DNA of 59,758 nucleotides, counting the filler, from Sluysia triapertura (lineage: Eukaryota), in NCBI GenBank assembly GCA_046118255.1. It is 5 parts of 5 records of this genome, joined end to end, with 100 filler letters (N's around TTAATTAATTAA, not from the genome) between each part and the next. Parts side by side here need not be neighbours in the genome. Positions count along the whole stretch, not along the records: positions 48,694 to 59,758 come from JBJNIA010189441.1; 4 more parts are not named here. The stretch is one strand, 5' to 3'. The notes below the pieces were generated by a model, which saw nothing but the letters and a program-made list of their open reading frames with translations, was not told the DNA's origin and did not search any database. This document shows, one piece after another, positions 59,112 through 59,758 of this stretch; position 1 is the stretch's first letter; the number at the start of each line of letters is the position of its first letter. A program made the position numbers and the translations under genes.

Positions 59112-59758
59112 TTATATATGACCAAGATATTCAAAAATCAATTTTATCATTAGTAAAAATTATTTTAGCATCTTTTTTATCACTATTATTATTTCTCAAA
59201 TTAGGATAATGAACATCGTCTAAACCTAACATATCTAACATTTTCAGACATAAGTATCGCTTTGTTGGACTACAGAATTTTGCATTTTTAATATTTTACT
59301 AGAAATAGTAGTTGGATAAGAAATAATTATAAATAATTAATTAATAAGTGTTCAAATAATGATAATGTAAAGTTCTTCTACGATTTCATGTAATAATAAC
59401 AGAACACCAATAACATTTCATCCCATATGATTGAAACATTTTCAGGAACATATTTAAAAACTAATAAAACTAATCCAACTAAATTTTTATTTGTAACTTT
59501 TTGTAAAAATTCTTCAAATAGTAATTTTACGATAAATTTAACTTAGATCTGTAAAATGTTTTAGGCTTTCTTTGACTATGATAAAACTTCATTTATTTCA
59601 AGACGTGGTAACTCCGATTTATGTTTCTTCATTTATTTTTATAATTTCTTAACGCGTTAGTTGTATCTACGACTCTATCTGACTCTTCACTGTTGACATG
59701 CCCATAGATCACATCAACTTTAAACTTTTAGGTAATGCACCTCTATTGTATGTATTTT

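Overview
Very AT-rich eukaryotic (metazoan) DNA. The window is five unrelated contigs joined by 100-nt N spacers containing a TTAATTAATTAA six-frame-stop linker: 1-11385, 11486-23359, 23460-37615, 37716-48593 and 48694-59758. Adjacency across the gaps therefore means nothing. Introns of 32-34 nt suggest a mini-intron animal such as a flatworm (inference only). The one complete gene is a 6-exon DDX5/DDX17/Dbp2-type DEAD-box helicase (about 909 aa, - strand) with an unusual ~430-aa tail of W-rich tandem repeats plus a prion-like domain. Partial or broken genes: M1 aminopeptidase C-terminal exons, a Kirrel/nephrin-like first exon, stum/SPEC3 and MFSD10 pseudogenes, a TRNT1 fragment, and an in-frame RBM47/A1CF-RRM::PDE8 chimera. 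Mobile DNA includes piggyBac-, hAT- and Tc1/mariner-type MITEs, a mariner remnant and a Penelope-like RT fragment. Two things stand out. (i) A decayed Ty3/gypsy element has a chuvirus-type class III fusion glycoprotein directly upstream of protease-RT, with no visible gag. (ii) A multi-copy LTR-like family has a conserved LTR-end motif, a hairpin over its PBS-like site, orphan ORFs, an atypical CCCH zinc finger and a captured CCA-adding-enzyme fragment. All protein assignments were made by eye from recalled family motifs; no searches were run.
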